Assembly: GCA_964015495.1 (NCBI GenBank)
Contig: CAXHDG010000011.1
Location: 650 to 64,649 of the forward strand
Reading direction: 5' to 3'
Length of the DNA: 64,000 nucleotides
Origin: an uncultured Magnetococcales bacterium
GTDB lineage: Bacteria; Pseudomonadota; Alphaproteobacteria; UBA2136; JAPKEQ01
Shown: one piece after another, positions 26,669 to 35,610 of the stretch
How positions within the stretch are numbered: position 1 is the stretch's first letter
How the letters are laid out: every line of letters starts with the position of its first letter
The notes under the pieces: model-generated
Databases searched by the model: none
The model's input: only the letters and a program-made list of their open reading frames with translations
What the model was told of the DNA's origin: nothing
Position numbers and translations under genes: made by a program

Positions 26669-27877
26669 TTGGCAAATGTAAGTGTTATCGGTCTTGGGTA
26701 TATTGGTCTTCCCACAGCAGCAGTGCTGGGGAGCCATGGACACAAAGTATTTGGCTGTGATGTCAATCAAAATACAGTTGATATAATCAATAGTGGCCGC
26801 GCCCATGTCATAGAACCTGACCTTGATGCAGCTGTAGAGAGCGCCGTATCATCTGGTAGTTTTAAAGCTTTTACAACCCCGCAAACCGCAGACGTTTACA
26901 TTATTGTTGTGCCTACACCATTTAAAGGTGAGGCAGCAGGTGTGCCTCAGCCTGATATGAGTTACGTAGAAAGCGCTGCAAAAGCAATCAGCTTACTTGT
27001 AAAAGAGGGCGATCTTGTCATTCTTGAATCAACAAGCCCTGTGGGTGCAACACGCAAAAACGTGGCAAATGTTATTGAAGGCGCGCGTCCAGAGCTAAAA
27101 AACAAACTTCATTATTGCTACTGCCCAGAACGCGTTCTGCCGGGGCAGATTCTTACAGAACTTATTGAAAATGATCGCGTGGTTGGCGGCCTTACGCCGC
27201 AGGCCGCATCTAAAGCCAAAGCGTTTTACAAAACGTTTGTAAAAGGCGAAGTGTTTGAAACTATAGCCGAGCAAGCGGAGCTCGTAAAACTTACGGAAAA
27301 CACCTACAGAGATATCAACATTGCTTTTGCAAATGAGCTAAGTAGCATTTGTGATGATAAGAACTTAAATGTATGGGAGGTGATCAAATTTGCGAATCGT
27401 CACCCCCGTGTGAATGTGCATTTTCCTGGGCCCGGCGTTGGCGGACATTGCATTGCCGTAGACCCTTGGTTCATCGTTGCAGGCTCTCCTGAAAAGGCTA
27501 AGCTTACTCACCTTGCACGTACCATTAATGATGCAAAACCTGCTTATGTGGTGGATCAGATTTTAAAAGGCATTCAGCAAACAGGCACAAATACTGTAGC
27601 GCTACTAGGTATGGCCTATAAGCCAGATGTGGATGATTTAAGAGAATCCCCAAGTGTAGAAATTGCCAAGCTTCTTAAAACAAAAACAGATGCAAAAATC
27701 CTGATTGTTGAGCCGTACGTTGAGAGTATGGACGGCTTTGAACTGGCGGATACACAGACAGCAGTTAAAGAAGCAGGCGTTGTGGCCATGCTCACCAACC
27801 ATAAAGAATTTTTGGATATTACCCTTGGCGAGCTTGAAGGCAAAGCTGTTGTTGATACACGCGGGGTGTGGGCATGA
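26669..27877 (+). CDS. Nucleotide-sugar dehydrogenase (UDP-N-acetyl-D-mannosamine / UDP-glucose dehydrogenase family)
   Basis: N-terminal Rossmann motif VIGLGYIGLPTA, catalytic Cys region GGHCIAVDPWF, ~400 aa as for WecC/CapL-type enzymes. Confidence 0.75.
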   Translation: MANVSVIGLGYIGLPTAAVLGSHGHKVFGCDVNQNTVDIINSGRAHVIEPDLDAAVESAVSSGSFKAFTTPQTADVYIIVVPTPFKGEAAGVPQPDMSYVESAAKAISLLVKEGDLVILESTSPVGATRKNVANVIEGARPELKNKLHYCYCPERVLPGQILTELIENDRVVGGLTPQAASKAKAFYKTFVKGEVFETIAEQAELVKLTENTYRDINIAFANELSSICDDKNLNVWEVIKFANRHPRVNVHFPGPGVGGHCIAVDPWFIVAGSPEKAKLTHLARTINDAKPAYVVDQILKGIQQTGTNTVALLGMAYKPDVDDLRESPSVEIAKLLKTKTDAKILIVEPYVESMDGFELADTQTAVKEAGVVAMLTNHKEFLDITLGELEGKAVVDTRGVWA

Positions 27878-28251
27878 GTCAACGCAACGGCGTCAGCATA
27901 AAACTCTCAACCCAAACAGGCGGTATCACGCTGGCTGAACTTTTTGCAGGCCGTAGCGGCAGCCTTAACCTTGGCGGAGATATTTTTTTGTGGGAAGAGG
28001 GCGAGGCACCTAAAGGCGTCGATATGATTTGTAAGCTGAGTCTTTCAGATGATATAGCAGCCAAAGCCGATAGCTTTAAGCTGGCTGCCAAAGGCCATTT
28101 TACGCCAGCTTTTATGGCGCTGCTTGATACGGACAATGAAGAGCATATAGAAGAAGCCAAAAAACATTTTCATACCGTGCTTATCCCCTGCACAAAGCGG
28201 GAAAATATTCCGGCAGATTTTAGAGCCAGAGTGCTTGGATATACCGCATAA
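27874..28251 (+). CDS. Hypothetical protein (~125 aa), 4-nt overlap (ATGA) with the upstream dehydrogenase
   Basis: The ATG overlaps the stop of 26669..27877. No motif recognised. Confidence 0.4.
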   Translation: MSQRNGVSIKLSTQTGGITLAELFAGRSGSLNLGGDIFLWEEGEAPKGVDMICKLSLSDDIAAKADSFKLAAKGHFTPAFMALLDTDNEEHIEEAKKHFHTVLIPCTKRENIPADFRARVLGYTA

Positions 28252-28284
28252 AAAAAGCCCCCAGTTGGGGGCTTTTGCTTTTTC
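28250..28284. terminator. Bidirectional terminator
   Basis: aaaaaaagccccc-agtt-gggggcttttgcttttt. Confidence 0.65.
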
Positions 28285-28286
28285 GT

Positions 28287-28871
28287 TTAAGGAAGTGTTA
28301 TCACAAGGCAGGCTTGCCAGGTTTCATGTTTCCCATCGTTATAACGCATGACATTAAAGCCAACCTGCACGGTTGGCTCAAATTTCTGGCTGATTTCCAG
28401 TGCCATATTTTGCATGGAAGCATGCTCTAAAACCATATACATATTGGTGCAATTATTACGCATAATAGGGCCATTTTTACGGTTTTTGCCACGTGTGGTG
28501 CTGTAGAAACCATGGACAGGATAAAGTAGCTGGAGATCTGAAACATTGCCATTGTTTAAAGCCTCCTGAATGCTTTCCATGGCAAGGCCTTTTATCGCCA
28601 TAGCGTTTTTGCTAAGTTGGCCTGCAAGCTGTTTCTCAATGAGTGGCATCATTGTTTTTGCTGCCTCCACCTGAAAAAGGGCGGGGTGTTCTTCTGAACT
28701 TATGGAAGAAATGGCATGTTTAATAACTAAATATATAGCATCTTCACGTGTTTGAGCTTGCTTGATGAGGTTTGCATAGTCGCTTAAAATGGCCCAATCT
28801 TTCATGCCCATGCTTTCAGTATCGCAAGAGGCAAACGGGCGAATACCGCTGGAAACTTTTGTTTTGTGCAT
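28287..28871 (-). CDS. Hypothetical protein (194 aa)
   Basis: ORF only. Confidence 0.4.
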   Translation of the reverse strand: MHKTKVSSGIRPFASCDTESMGMKDWAILSDYANLIKQAQTREDAIYLVIKHAISSISSEEHPALFQVEAAKTMMPLIEKQLAGQLSKNAMAIKGLAMESIQEALNNGNVSDLQLLYPVHGFYSTTRGKNRKNGPIMRNNCTNMYMVLEHASMQNMALEISQKFEPTVQVGFNVMRYNDGKHETWQACLVITLP

Positions 28872-29033
28872 AGCGCACCTCTAAAATAGAAAATGAAAAG
28901 ATAAGGAAGAGTTCAATTTTTTAAGAAAATATCAGTGGAAAAGAAGGTCGTCAAACTCAAACTTATCACTCGACAAAATCAGCGATTTTTGCAAATATGT
29001 GACGTGTTTAAATATTAAGGATTTTAAAGCCCC

Positions 29034-31196
29034 ATGAAACAAGTTGTTCAGCAAATTCGTACCGGTAAAACAGAACTTTCAGATGTACCTCCGCCAACAC
29101 TTGGGCGCGGTGAAGTTCTTGTGGCAACAGAAGCCTCACTCATTAGTGCAGGTACAGAAAAAATGCTGATCGATTTTGCAAACAAAAGCGCCCTTGGTAA
29201 AGCTAAAGAGCGCCCAGACCTTGTGGGTAAGGTTGTAGATAAACTTCAGCGTGACGGCCTGTTTAGCACTATGAACGCCGTGTACGCACAGCTTGAGCAG
29301 CCGCTTCCGCTTGGCTACAGCGCTGCAGGCCGCGTTATTGCTGTTAGCGAAGATATGAAACACCTTTACAAAGAAGGCGACCGCGTTGCCGTTGCAGGCG
29401 CAGGCCTTGCAAACCATGCTGAAATTAACGCCATTCCTAAAAATTTGATGGTACCTGTACCTGAGAGCGTAAGCTTTGAACATGCATCTTTTGCAACGCT
29501 TACATCTATTGCAATGCACGGCTTTAGAAGCGCTAAGCCTCAGCTAGGAGATACAATTCTCGTTATGGGTCTTGGCCTTGTTGGCCAACTTGCTGCGCAA
29601 ATTGCCCGCGCATCTGGCGCTAAAGTATTTGCAGTAGATTACGATAAAGGCCGTATTGAAACCGCTAAAGAGTGCGGCATTAAGGCAGCCCACAGCCTAG
29701 AAGATGGTAACCTAGATGATAAAGTTTCAAACTTTACTAAAGGCAAAGGTTTTGACAAGGTTCTGATTTGCGCCGCAACGGATAGCTCTCGTCCAATTGA
29801 GCAAGCGGCAACGTGGGCACGTGACCGCGCAGACATTGTACTTATCGGTAAAACAGGTACAACGCTGCCCCATAGAGACTTTATGCAAAAAGAGCTTAAT
29901 TTTGTTGTATCTCGTTCTTACGGGCCTGGCCGTTATGATTCAAACTACGAGCAAAAAGGGCAGGATTACCCAATTGGTTACGTACGCTGGACAGAGCGTG
30001 AAAACTTAGCAGAGGCGATTCGTCTTATGGAAACAGGCGATCTTAAAATCGCGCCGCTTATGAGCCACACTTACCCCATTGAAGAAGCTGAAGAAGCATA
30101 TGGCGTTGTTGTAAACAAAGCTGTGCCTCAGCTGGGTGTGGTTCTGACTTATGGCCGCAGTGATAGCGCACGCGAAACATCTAAAATTACGCTTCAGCCA
30201 ACAGCTACAGGTACAGATACAATTGGCTTTGGCGTTATTGGCGCAGGGGCATTTGCACGCGGCGTGATGATTCCTAAGATGAAAAAAATGAAAGACGTAA
30301 GCCTTACAGGTATTATCTCTAAAGGCGGGCTTAGCGCGCAAGCAGCAGGCAAGCGTTTTGGTTTTGGTTACGCAACCAGCAAAACAGAAGATGTGATGGG
30401 CGATAGTGAAACACAAGCCGTATTTATCGCAACGCGCCATGATAGCCACGCACAACTTGTAACAGAGTCTCTTAAAGCTGGTAAGCATGTGATTGTTGAA
30501 AAGCCGCTGGCTCTTACATCTGAGCAGCTAGACACTGTTGAAAGCGCAGCGCGTGAAAGCGGTAAGGTGCTTATGGTTGGCTTTAACCGACGCTTCTCTC
30601 CGTTTACAGAGGCGCTAACAGATACCTTTAGCCCTGTTACAGGCCCTAAACAAGTGATTGTACGTGTAAACGCTGGCTTTATTCCGGGTGATAACTGGCA
30701 GCATGATAGCTCTATTGGTGGCGGGCGCTTGCTTGGCGAAGTTTGCCACTTTACTGACCTTGCTGTTGGTCTTGTTGGCCATGACGTAGAAACTGTTCAC
30801 ACCACACGCGGAGCAGGGCAGGATAACTACAACATTGTAATGACCTTTACAGACGGCAGTACAGCTACGGTTGTTTACACAAGTGAAGGTGATACCCGCT
30901 TTAGCAAAGAACGTATTGAAATGTACGGCGGCGGCATGGTTGGCGTGATTGATAACTTTAGAAAAGGCTTTGTGATTAAAGGCGGTAAAACACGTAAGGT
31001 GCGTGCTTGCAACTGGATTAAAGGTCTGCTGACTGGCGGCCAAGATAAAGGCCACGGCGCAGAACTTCGCGCCTTTGTTGACGCTATAAAAGGCGATAGT
31101 CCAATGTCTGTTACGTTAGATGACTTCCTGCATAGCTCTCGCGTGGTGCTGGCAGCAGCAGAAAGCCTTAAAACAGGCGAAGCTGTTAAATTATAA
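29034..31196 (+). CDS. Bi-domain oxidoreductase: N-terminal Zn-type alcohol dehydrogenase (MDR) domain fused to a C-terminal Gfo/Idh/MocA NAD(P)-binding oxidoreductase domain
   Basis: MDR pattern (GEVLV..EASLISAGTE; GLGLVGQLAAQIA Rossmann) followed by a second Rossmann fold IGFGVIGAGAFAR and Gfo/Idh/MocA-like EKPLALT. 720 aa. Confidence 0.6.
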   Translation: MKQVVQQIRTGKTELSDVPPPTLGRGEVLVATEASLISAGTEKMLIDFANKSALGKAKERPDLVGKVVDKLQRDGLFSTMNAVYAQLEQPLPLGYSAAGRVIAVSEDMKHLYKEGDRVAVAGAGLANHAEINAIPKNLMVPVPESVSFEHASFATLTSIAMHGFRSAKPQLGDTILVMGLGLVGQLAAQIARASGAKVFAVDYDKGRIETAKECGIKAAHSLEDGNLDDKVSNFTKGKGFDKVLICAATDSSRPIEQAATWARDRADIVLIGKTGTTLPHRDFMQKELNFVVSRSYGPGRYDSNYEQKGQDYPIGYVRWTERENLAEAIRLMETGDLKIAPLMSHTYPIEEAEEAYGVVVNKAVPQLGVVLTYGRSDSARETSKITLQPTATGTDTIGFGVIGAGAFARGVMIPKMKKMKDVSLTGIISKGGLSAQAAGKRFGFGYATSKTEDVMGDSETQAVFIATRHDSHAQLVTESLKAGKHVIVEKPLALTSEQLDTVESAARESGKVLMVGFNRRFSPFTEALTDTFSPVTGPKQVIVRVNAGFIPGDNWQHDSSIGGGRLLGEVCHFTDLAVGLVGHDVETVHTTRGAGQDNYNIVMTFTDGSTATVVYTSEGDTRFSKERIEMYGGGMVGVIDNFRKGFVIKGGKTRKVRACNWIKGLLTGGQDKGHGAELRAFVDAIKGDSPMSVTLDDFLHSSRVVLAAAESLKTGEAVKL

Positions 31197-31266
31197 TATT
31201 GCTTGCTCTTAGCTTTAAAAAATAGCCACGTAAAGTGGCTATTTTTTAATTCTTCGCAAGCTGTTA

Positions 31267-31380
31267 TCTTGGCAAAAAAGTATTTAAGTCTTTTGGTCTT
31301 GCTCGCAATCCCCAAAGAGCTCTTTTTTGCCGCCAAAAGCCCTTGGGCTTTTGGGTCGCACTATTCGTGCTCCCACTCGT
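31267..31380. repeat. Intergenic mosaic repeat element, copy A (core)
   Basis: tcttggcaaaaaag...ttttggtcttgctcgcaatcccc aaagagctcttttttgccgccaaaagcccttgggcttttgggtcgc. About 85% identical to copy B at 41876-41990 and homologous to copy C at 44292-44410. The flanks 31381-31486 share further homology with copy C. Confidence 0.7.
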
Positions 31381-31486
31381 TTAGGCAGGTACCTCTATTA
31401 TACTTCCTAGCAAAAAACTGCTAACTCTGCTTGTGCTCGTGGTGCGTGGAGATGCACCACAGTCGTTTCCCCATGGTTCGCGAGCC

Positions 31487-31705
31487 GAATAGGTGAGCCA
31501 AAACCTTAAGGGGTTTTGAGCGGTTTAAAACAATTAAAAACAGAGCGTAGCACTGTTTTTGCAAAAATAAGTTTTAAACCAAGATAGTACTTCGCGGTGC
31601 AGCGTCTTTTTGAAGCAGCGTAGCGTATGAAAAAAGCGATGGTGAGAGCGAAGAAGAAATCCCCCCCCCAAAAAAAAAACAAACAGCCCTCATTTTGAGG
31701 GCTGT
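31487..31705. repeat. ~110-bp direct repeat (copy 1) plus C8/A10 homopolymer tail and a terminator hairpin
   Basis: gaataggtgagccaaaaccttaaggggttttgagcggtttaaaacaatt...caagatagtacttcgcg is near-identical to 32339-32450. Then ...aaatcccccccccaaaaaaaaaac and the aacagccctcattttgagggctgtt hairpin. Confidence 0.7.
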
Positions 31706-31725
31706 TGTTTATTGTCATGTATCGA

Positions 31726-32151
31726 TTAGCCGTAAATTGTACGACGGTTGGCCCGGCGCGCTTGGCGTTTTGCCCGGCGACAAGCAGTCGCGCAGAAAGG
31801 GTCAAAACCATGCATCAGTTTAAAAGCCATTTGATGCATGAAGGCTACAAACAGCCCACCAGAAAGCAAAAAGCATACAAGCATAACGCTCATCGCTTCA
31901 TTCAGGTTGATGTTCCAGCCGCCCATAAAGCTCATGGGCAGGTTGGCGGTCAGCAAAAACATTGCACCAAGGAATGGCGAAATACCTTCAGTGTTTTCAT
32001 GGAAAATGACCATAAAGACAAGAAGAATGCTGGTCAGGCCTGCGCCTGTGAACCAAAGTCCTTCTTTTGCCCAAATTGGGGCAAAAAAGAGAGCGGCACC
32101 AATGACCAAGTAAATGGTTGCAGTGGCAGCAAGAGTTTGAAGAGTTTTCAT
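31726..32151 (-). CDS. Small polytopic membrane protein (141 aa; DoxX-like topology guess) flanked by direct repeats
   Basis: Four predicted TM helices. C-terminal basic tail RRAKRQARRANRR. Confidence 0.45.
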   Translation of the reverse strand: MKTLQTLAATATIYLVIGAALFFAPIWAKEGLWFTGAGLTSILLVFMVIFHENTEGISPFLGAMFLLTANLPMSFMGGWNINLNEAMSVMLVCFLLSGGLFVAFMHQMAFKLMHGFDPFCATACRRAKRQARRANRRTIYG

Positions 32152-32338
32152 ATTTTTCTACCGCACTGTTCAGGTGCGGCTCCCTAGGGTTATGAGCAAA
32201 ATGCTCAAGTAAAAGAAAGTGCACCAATTGCAGAGGCAAGGCCCCTGTAGAAAAGGTACGAGAGTTTATCTTACTTATTTATGTTTAATGTCACAAATTG
32301 ATAAACAAACACAGCAGCCTCCTATACGAGTGCGAAGG

Positions 32339-32555
32339 CGAATAGCCGAGCCAAAAAGCTAAGGCCTTTTGAGCGGTTTAAAACAATTTAAACAGAGCGT
32401 AGCGCTGTTTTGCAAAAATTAGTTTTAAACCAAGATAGTACTTTGCGAGTTATCAAGCTTTTGCCGCCGCGTAGTAAAGGTAAAACTTGAGAACGTAAAG
32501 CAAAAAAAGATCCCCCCACAAAAAAACAAGCCCCCTAACGGGAGCTTGCTTCAGT
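32339..32555. repeat. ~110-bp direct repeat (copy 2) plus C7/A7 tract and a terminator-like hairpin
   Basis: gaatagccgagccaaaaagctaaggccttttgagcggtttaaaacaattt...caagatagtactttgcg. Then gatccccccacaaaaaaacaagccccctaacgggagcttg. Confidence 0.7.
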
Positions 32556-32561
32556 TTCGGT

Positions 32562-33032
32562 TCAATTTTTGGGTTTCAGGCCGCGGTGCTCTTTCATAAT
32601 CTGCACGCTGATTTCGCTGACATCACCAGCTTCAATCGCGGCTGCAAGGTCGGCCTTGCCAACAGCAACAACGCCCATACCTTGGGCAGCGGCCAGTTTT
32701 TCCATCAGGTCTTTGCCAGCGGGGTTTTGTTCCACCAGAGCACTGTCATAGGGGACGGTGATCTTGTGTACCAGGTTGACACGGTCTTTGATGGTGTCAT
32801 CAAGCACGTGACCCACAAACTGGATATCTGCGGCAGTCACATTGATGCCAAGTTCCTGCGAAACAACAGCGGGCACATCAACAGCGCCGCCATCGTGACG
32901 CGCGCCAAACAGGCTGAGCTTGCCGGGGCTGCCAATGGCTTTGCCTTCGGCGCTGACATGGTTGCGGACCTGCATCATCAACTGGCCTGCGGTATTGAAC
33001 ATCACAAATGTGACGACTGTGGATTTTGCCAT
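32562..33032 (-). CDS. Hypothetical protein (156 aa); possible degenerate Nudix-like fold
   Basis: RBS aaggag. The segment GSPGKLSLFGARHDGG...SQELGI loosely resembles a Nudix box without the catalytic Glu residues. Preceded by a G10 (C10 on the coding strand) tract at 33057-33066. Confidence 0.3.
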   Translation of the reverse strand: MAKSTVVTFVMFNTAGQLMMQVRNHVSAEGKAIGSPGKLSLFGARHDGGAVDVPAVVSQELGINVTAADIQFVGHVLDDTIKDRVNLVHKITVPYDSALVEQNPAGKDLMEKLAAAQGMGVVAVGKADLAAAIEAGDVSEISVQIMKEHRGLKPKN

Positions 33033-33129
33033 GGGAAATACTCCTTTGGGGCAAGAGGGGGGGGGGAGGTACGGAAGTTTGATGTATTACCTTATATATA
33101 AGCACTTCCGGTTCTTATATTAAGGATGG

Positions 33130-33846
33130 TTACAGAGACGCTGCGTTGTGTTCAAGTAGTGGAAGACGGCCTTGCTCTTTATGCAGTTTGCCAATGAGAG
33201 TATTGGGCATAAAGAACGTGTCCCATTTGTGAGCCATATCAATTTCAAAAAGAAGAAGTGCATGGGATGCGTTGACGTCTTTTTGTTGAATGCGCTCAAT
33301 ATGATAGTCCATTGAGGCTTGAAAAGGGGTGGCTTCATAAGCTTCTTTGATAAGAAACTTTGCAAACTGGAATTCACGCAGTCTTTTTTCAGCTTCCTTA
33401 TTGCTCTTAATTTCAGGCGGGGTAAAATTATGCACAAGAATGGCTTGGAAAGGAAAAACCTCCCAAATAAAATCTCGTGCAGGTTCAAAACCACCATCTT
33501 GAAAAATGGCCCCAATGAGGGCCTCAAGCAAGTTTGCAATACTCTTTTTCGCAAGATGATAGCGATAGTTTGAGTATTGTTTGGATGCTTTTTGCAGTGG
33601 AATCCTGCGAGCAATCATACTCATGGTGTGATTGCTAACAAGTTGAGAGTACATATAAATTTTCTTATCCCCATACAGCCTGGATAGAAGCTCTCTCACA
33701 ACAAGAGAGACAACAGCATCTCCTATATGTTCAAGAGAACCAGCAAGAGGGGATTCATGCGAATCGCCGCGTGATAGCGCCGTTTTGAGGAGGGAAACAT
33801 CTCGGAATGTGTACCCGAGGTGTTTTTGGAATTCTTCGAGGTCCAA
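33130..33846 (-). CDS. Ribonuclease III-family protein (238 aa) with non-canonical residues at two catalytic positions
   Basis: HLGYTF...LLKTAL..., SLEHIGDAVVSLVV (compare ERLEFLGDA) and ANLLEALIGAIF (compare ADTVEALIGG). By-eye alignment gives E38->S and D114->N. The C-terminal ~90 aa may be a divergent dsRBD. Confidence 0.55.
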   Translation of the reverse strand: MDLEEFQKHLGYTFRDVSLLKTALSRGDSHESPLAGSLEHIGDAVVSLVVRELLSRLYGDKKIYMYSQLVSNHTMSMIARRIPLQKASKQYSNYRYHLAKKSIANLLEALIGAIFQDGGFEPARDFIWEVFPFQAILVHNFTPPEIKSNKEAEKRLREFQFAKFLIKEAYEATPFQASMDYHIERIQQKDVNASHALLLFEIDMAHKWDTFFMPNTLIGKLHKEQGRLPLLEHNAASL

Positions 33847-34014
33847 AGCTTGGACTCCTTATGTCTCGGGGGGAAAAGGGAAGAGTTAGGTATTTATATT
33901 TCTTCTGTATACATATACGGTTTGTTTTTGTCAAATTTTAAGAAATTGTTTTGGTGGATGGATGTATTTCGCATATGGTTGAATTGTCAGACAAAAGGGA
34001 ATGTAGGGACATTT

Positions 34015-34332
34015 ATGGCAACAGTAGAGCGTAAATTAAAACTTGCAGAGCGCATACAAAAAGACGGCACGCCGCATCGCTTTAAGCGTATTGTTTATTT
34101 ATATCATCGTCATAAATCTAGAATTATTATAGGGCTTCTTGCTGTTATTGCTCTGCTTGTGGCTGGGCTGACTTACATTGGCTGGCTGCTTTATAATAAA
34201 GAGCCTGGCGTAATGCTACGCGCCAAGCAGTTTACGATATTTCAGCATGTGGAAGAGCCAGAAGAAAGTACTGATGGTTACTATATTATTATGTCAGAGG
34301 AAGGTGAGCCTTCCTTAACACCTGCACCTTAA
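34015..34332 (+). CDS. Small membrane protein (~105 aa)
   Basis: Start chosen at MATVERKL. Single TM helix IIIGLLAVIALLVAGLTYIGWLL. Confidence 0.35.
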   Translation: MATVERKLKLAERIQKDGTPHRFKRIVYLYHRHKSRIIIGLLAVIALLVAGLTYIGWLLYNKEPGVMLRAKQFTIFQHVEEPEESTDGYYIIMSEEGEPSLTPAP

Positions 34333-34371
34333 AAATAGAAACAGCCCCATGAAGGGCTGTCTCAAAATCGT

Positions 34372-34917
34372 TTATTCACCAACAAAAGATGTGGCGATGG
34401 GCTCAAGGCAAAAATCCAAACCTGTGATGGCTTTACGAACTTCAATGGCCATATACCAGGCGCTGGAAACCTCATCAAGGCTGCTTCTGTAGCGCCTGGG
34501 TGCTTTGCTTTTAAGTGCAGCAATTTCGTGGCTTGCAATTTTGCAAATGGCCTCTTCCTTAGTTGTTTCTGCATGAATGCCATAGAAGATATAACCAGCC
34601 GCTTTTTTTACGTCCTCGCTGGAAATAAGCATGGCCATATTCTTTGCCAAAACTTCAGATGCGCAATCTTTTTTCTGAGCCTTTGTGATCGCAGAAGCGA
34701 GGTTATCAAGCCCTTGGGAGTTGGAGGGCGTATCATTGCTATGATCGCCGTCAAGGCCAAAAAAGAGAGCCGGCGTCATGTTCAACATCCCGTTCAAGAT
34801 GTCCCCATGATATGCAAGACATTCTTCAATTTTGGTCGTTTCTTCAGTTGTGTTTGCTGCGGACGCAAGGGTCGGCAACAGCAAAGTGCAGATAAGCACA
34901 AGCGCATGTTTTAGCAT
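34372..34917 (-). CDS. Secreted hypothetical protein (~181 aa)
   Basis: Signal peptide MLKHALVLICTLLLPTLASA. Confidence 0.45.
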   Translation of the reverse strand: MLKHALVLICTLLLPTLASAANTTEETTKIEECLAYHGDILNGMLNMTPALFFGLDGDHSNDTPSNSQGLDNLASAITKAQKKDCASEVLAKNMAMLISSEDVKKAAGYIFYGIHAETTKEEAICKIASHEIAALKSKAPRRYRSSLDEVSSAWYMAIEVRKAITGLDFCLEPIATSFVGE

Positions 34918-35028
34918 TTCTGCCTCCATGAAATGGTGAGAGAGATTTATTCAGTTGTATATAAAGTATGGGGACGGTGACACAACTTTACAAGTGAGCT
35001 GCAAGGTGCCTTTTGAAGTGATTTTTCC

Positions 35029-35610
35029 CTAAGCCCAGGCGCTTGTCATCATTGCAGAGCCAATTAAGCCAATAGAGGCCATGGCTGCATCATAGCGGTG
35101 ATCAACCGGTGTTTCAAACAAAATGCCGCGGCTTGCAGGAATCACTTGCCAGCTATCTTCTGCAATTTCAGATTCGAGCTGTCCTGCATCCCAGCCGCTA
35201 TAGCCAAGGCAAAGGTTCTGTGCTTTAGGCCCAGTGCCTTTTGCGGTAGCTTCAATAACATCTGTTGTCGCGCTGAGAAAAATTTCTTCTGTTACAGGAA
35301 CCGTAAGCTTGTGCATGTAATCTCCGCTATGCAATACAAAGCCGCGGTTTGGTTCAACGGGGCCGCCGCCAAGAACCATAGGCGATGCCGCAGGCTCTGC
35401 GTTAATGCCAAGATCTTCGGTGAGATTTGCAAAGTCTGTACTTGGAAGAGGGGAGTTAATAACAAGTCCCATCGCGCCTTCGTCGCTGTGCGAGCAAATA
35501 AAAATAACGGATTTTTCAAAGTAGGAATATTTAAGCGCATCTGTTGCCAGAAGTAAGTAGCCTGTAAAATTAGTCACGATTCCAGATTTGCTGTGTGCTG
35601 TATCTAGCAT
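35029..35610 (-). CDS. YqgE/AlgH-family protein (UPF0301)
   Basis: ~190 aa with SVIFICSHSDEGAMGLVINSPL and LGGGPVEPNRGFVLH patterns typical of AlgH/YqgE. Confidence 0.7.
   Translation of the reverse strand: MLDTAHSKSGIVTNFTGYLLLATDALKYSYFEKSVIFICSHSDEGAMGLVINSPLPSTDFANLTEDLGINAEPAASPMVLGGGPVEPNRGFVLHSGDYMHKLTVPVTEEIFLSATTDVIEATAKGTGPKAQNLCLGYSGWDAGQLESEIAEDSWQVIPASRGILFETPVDHRYDAAMASIGLIGSAMMTSAWA

Noticed and set aside
29136-31336. Several minus-strand ORFs (127-160 aa) inside the 29034..31196 oxidoreductase gene
   Set aside because: Antisense shadows. Cys/His/Asn-rich low-complexity translations. The + frame carries clear Rossmann and MDR motifs.
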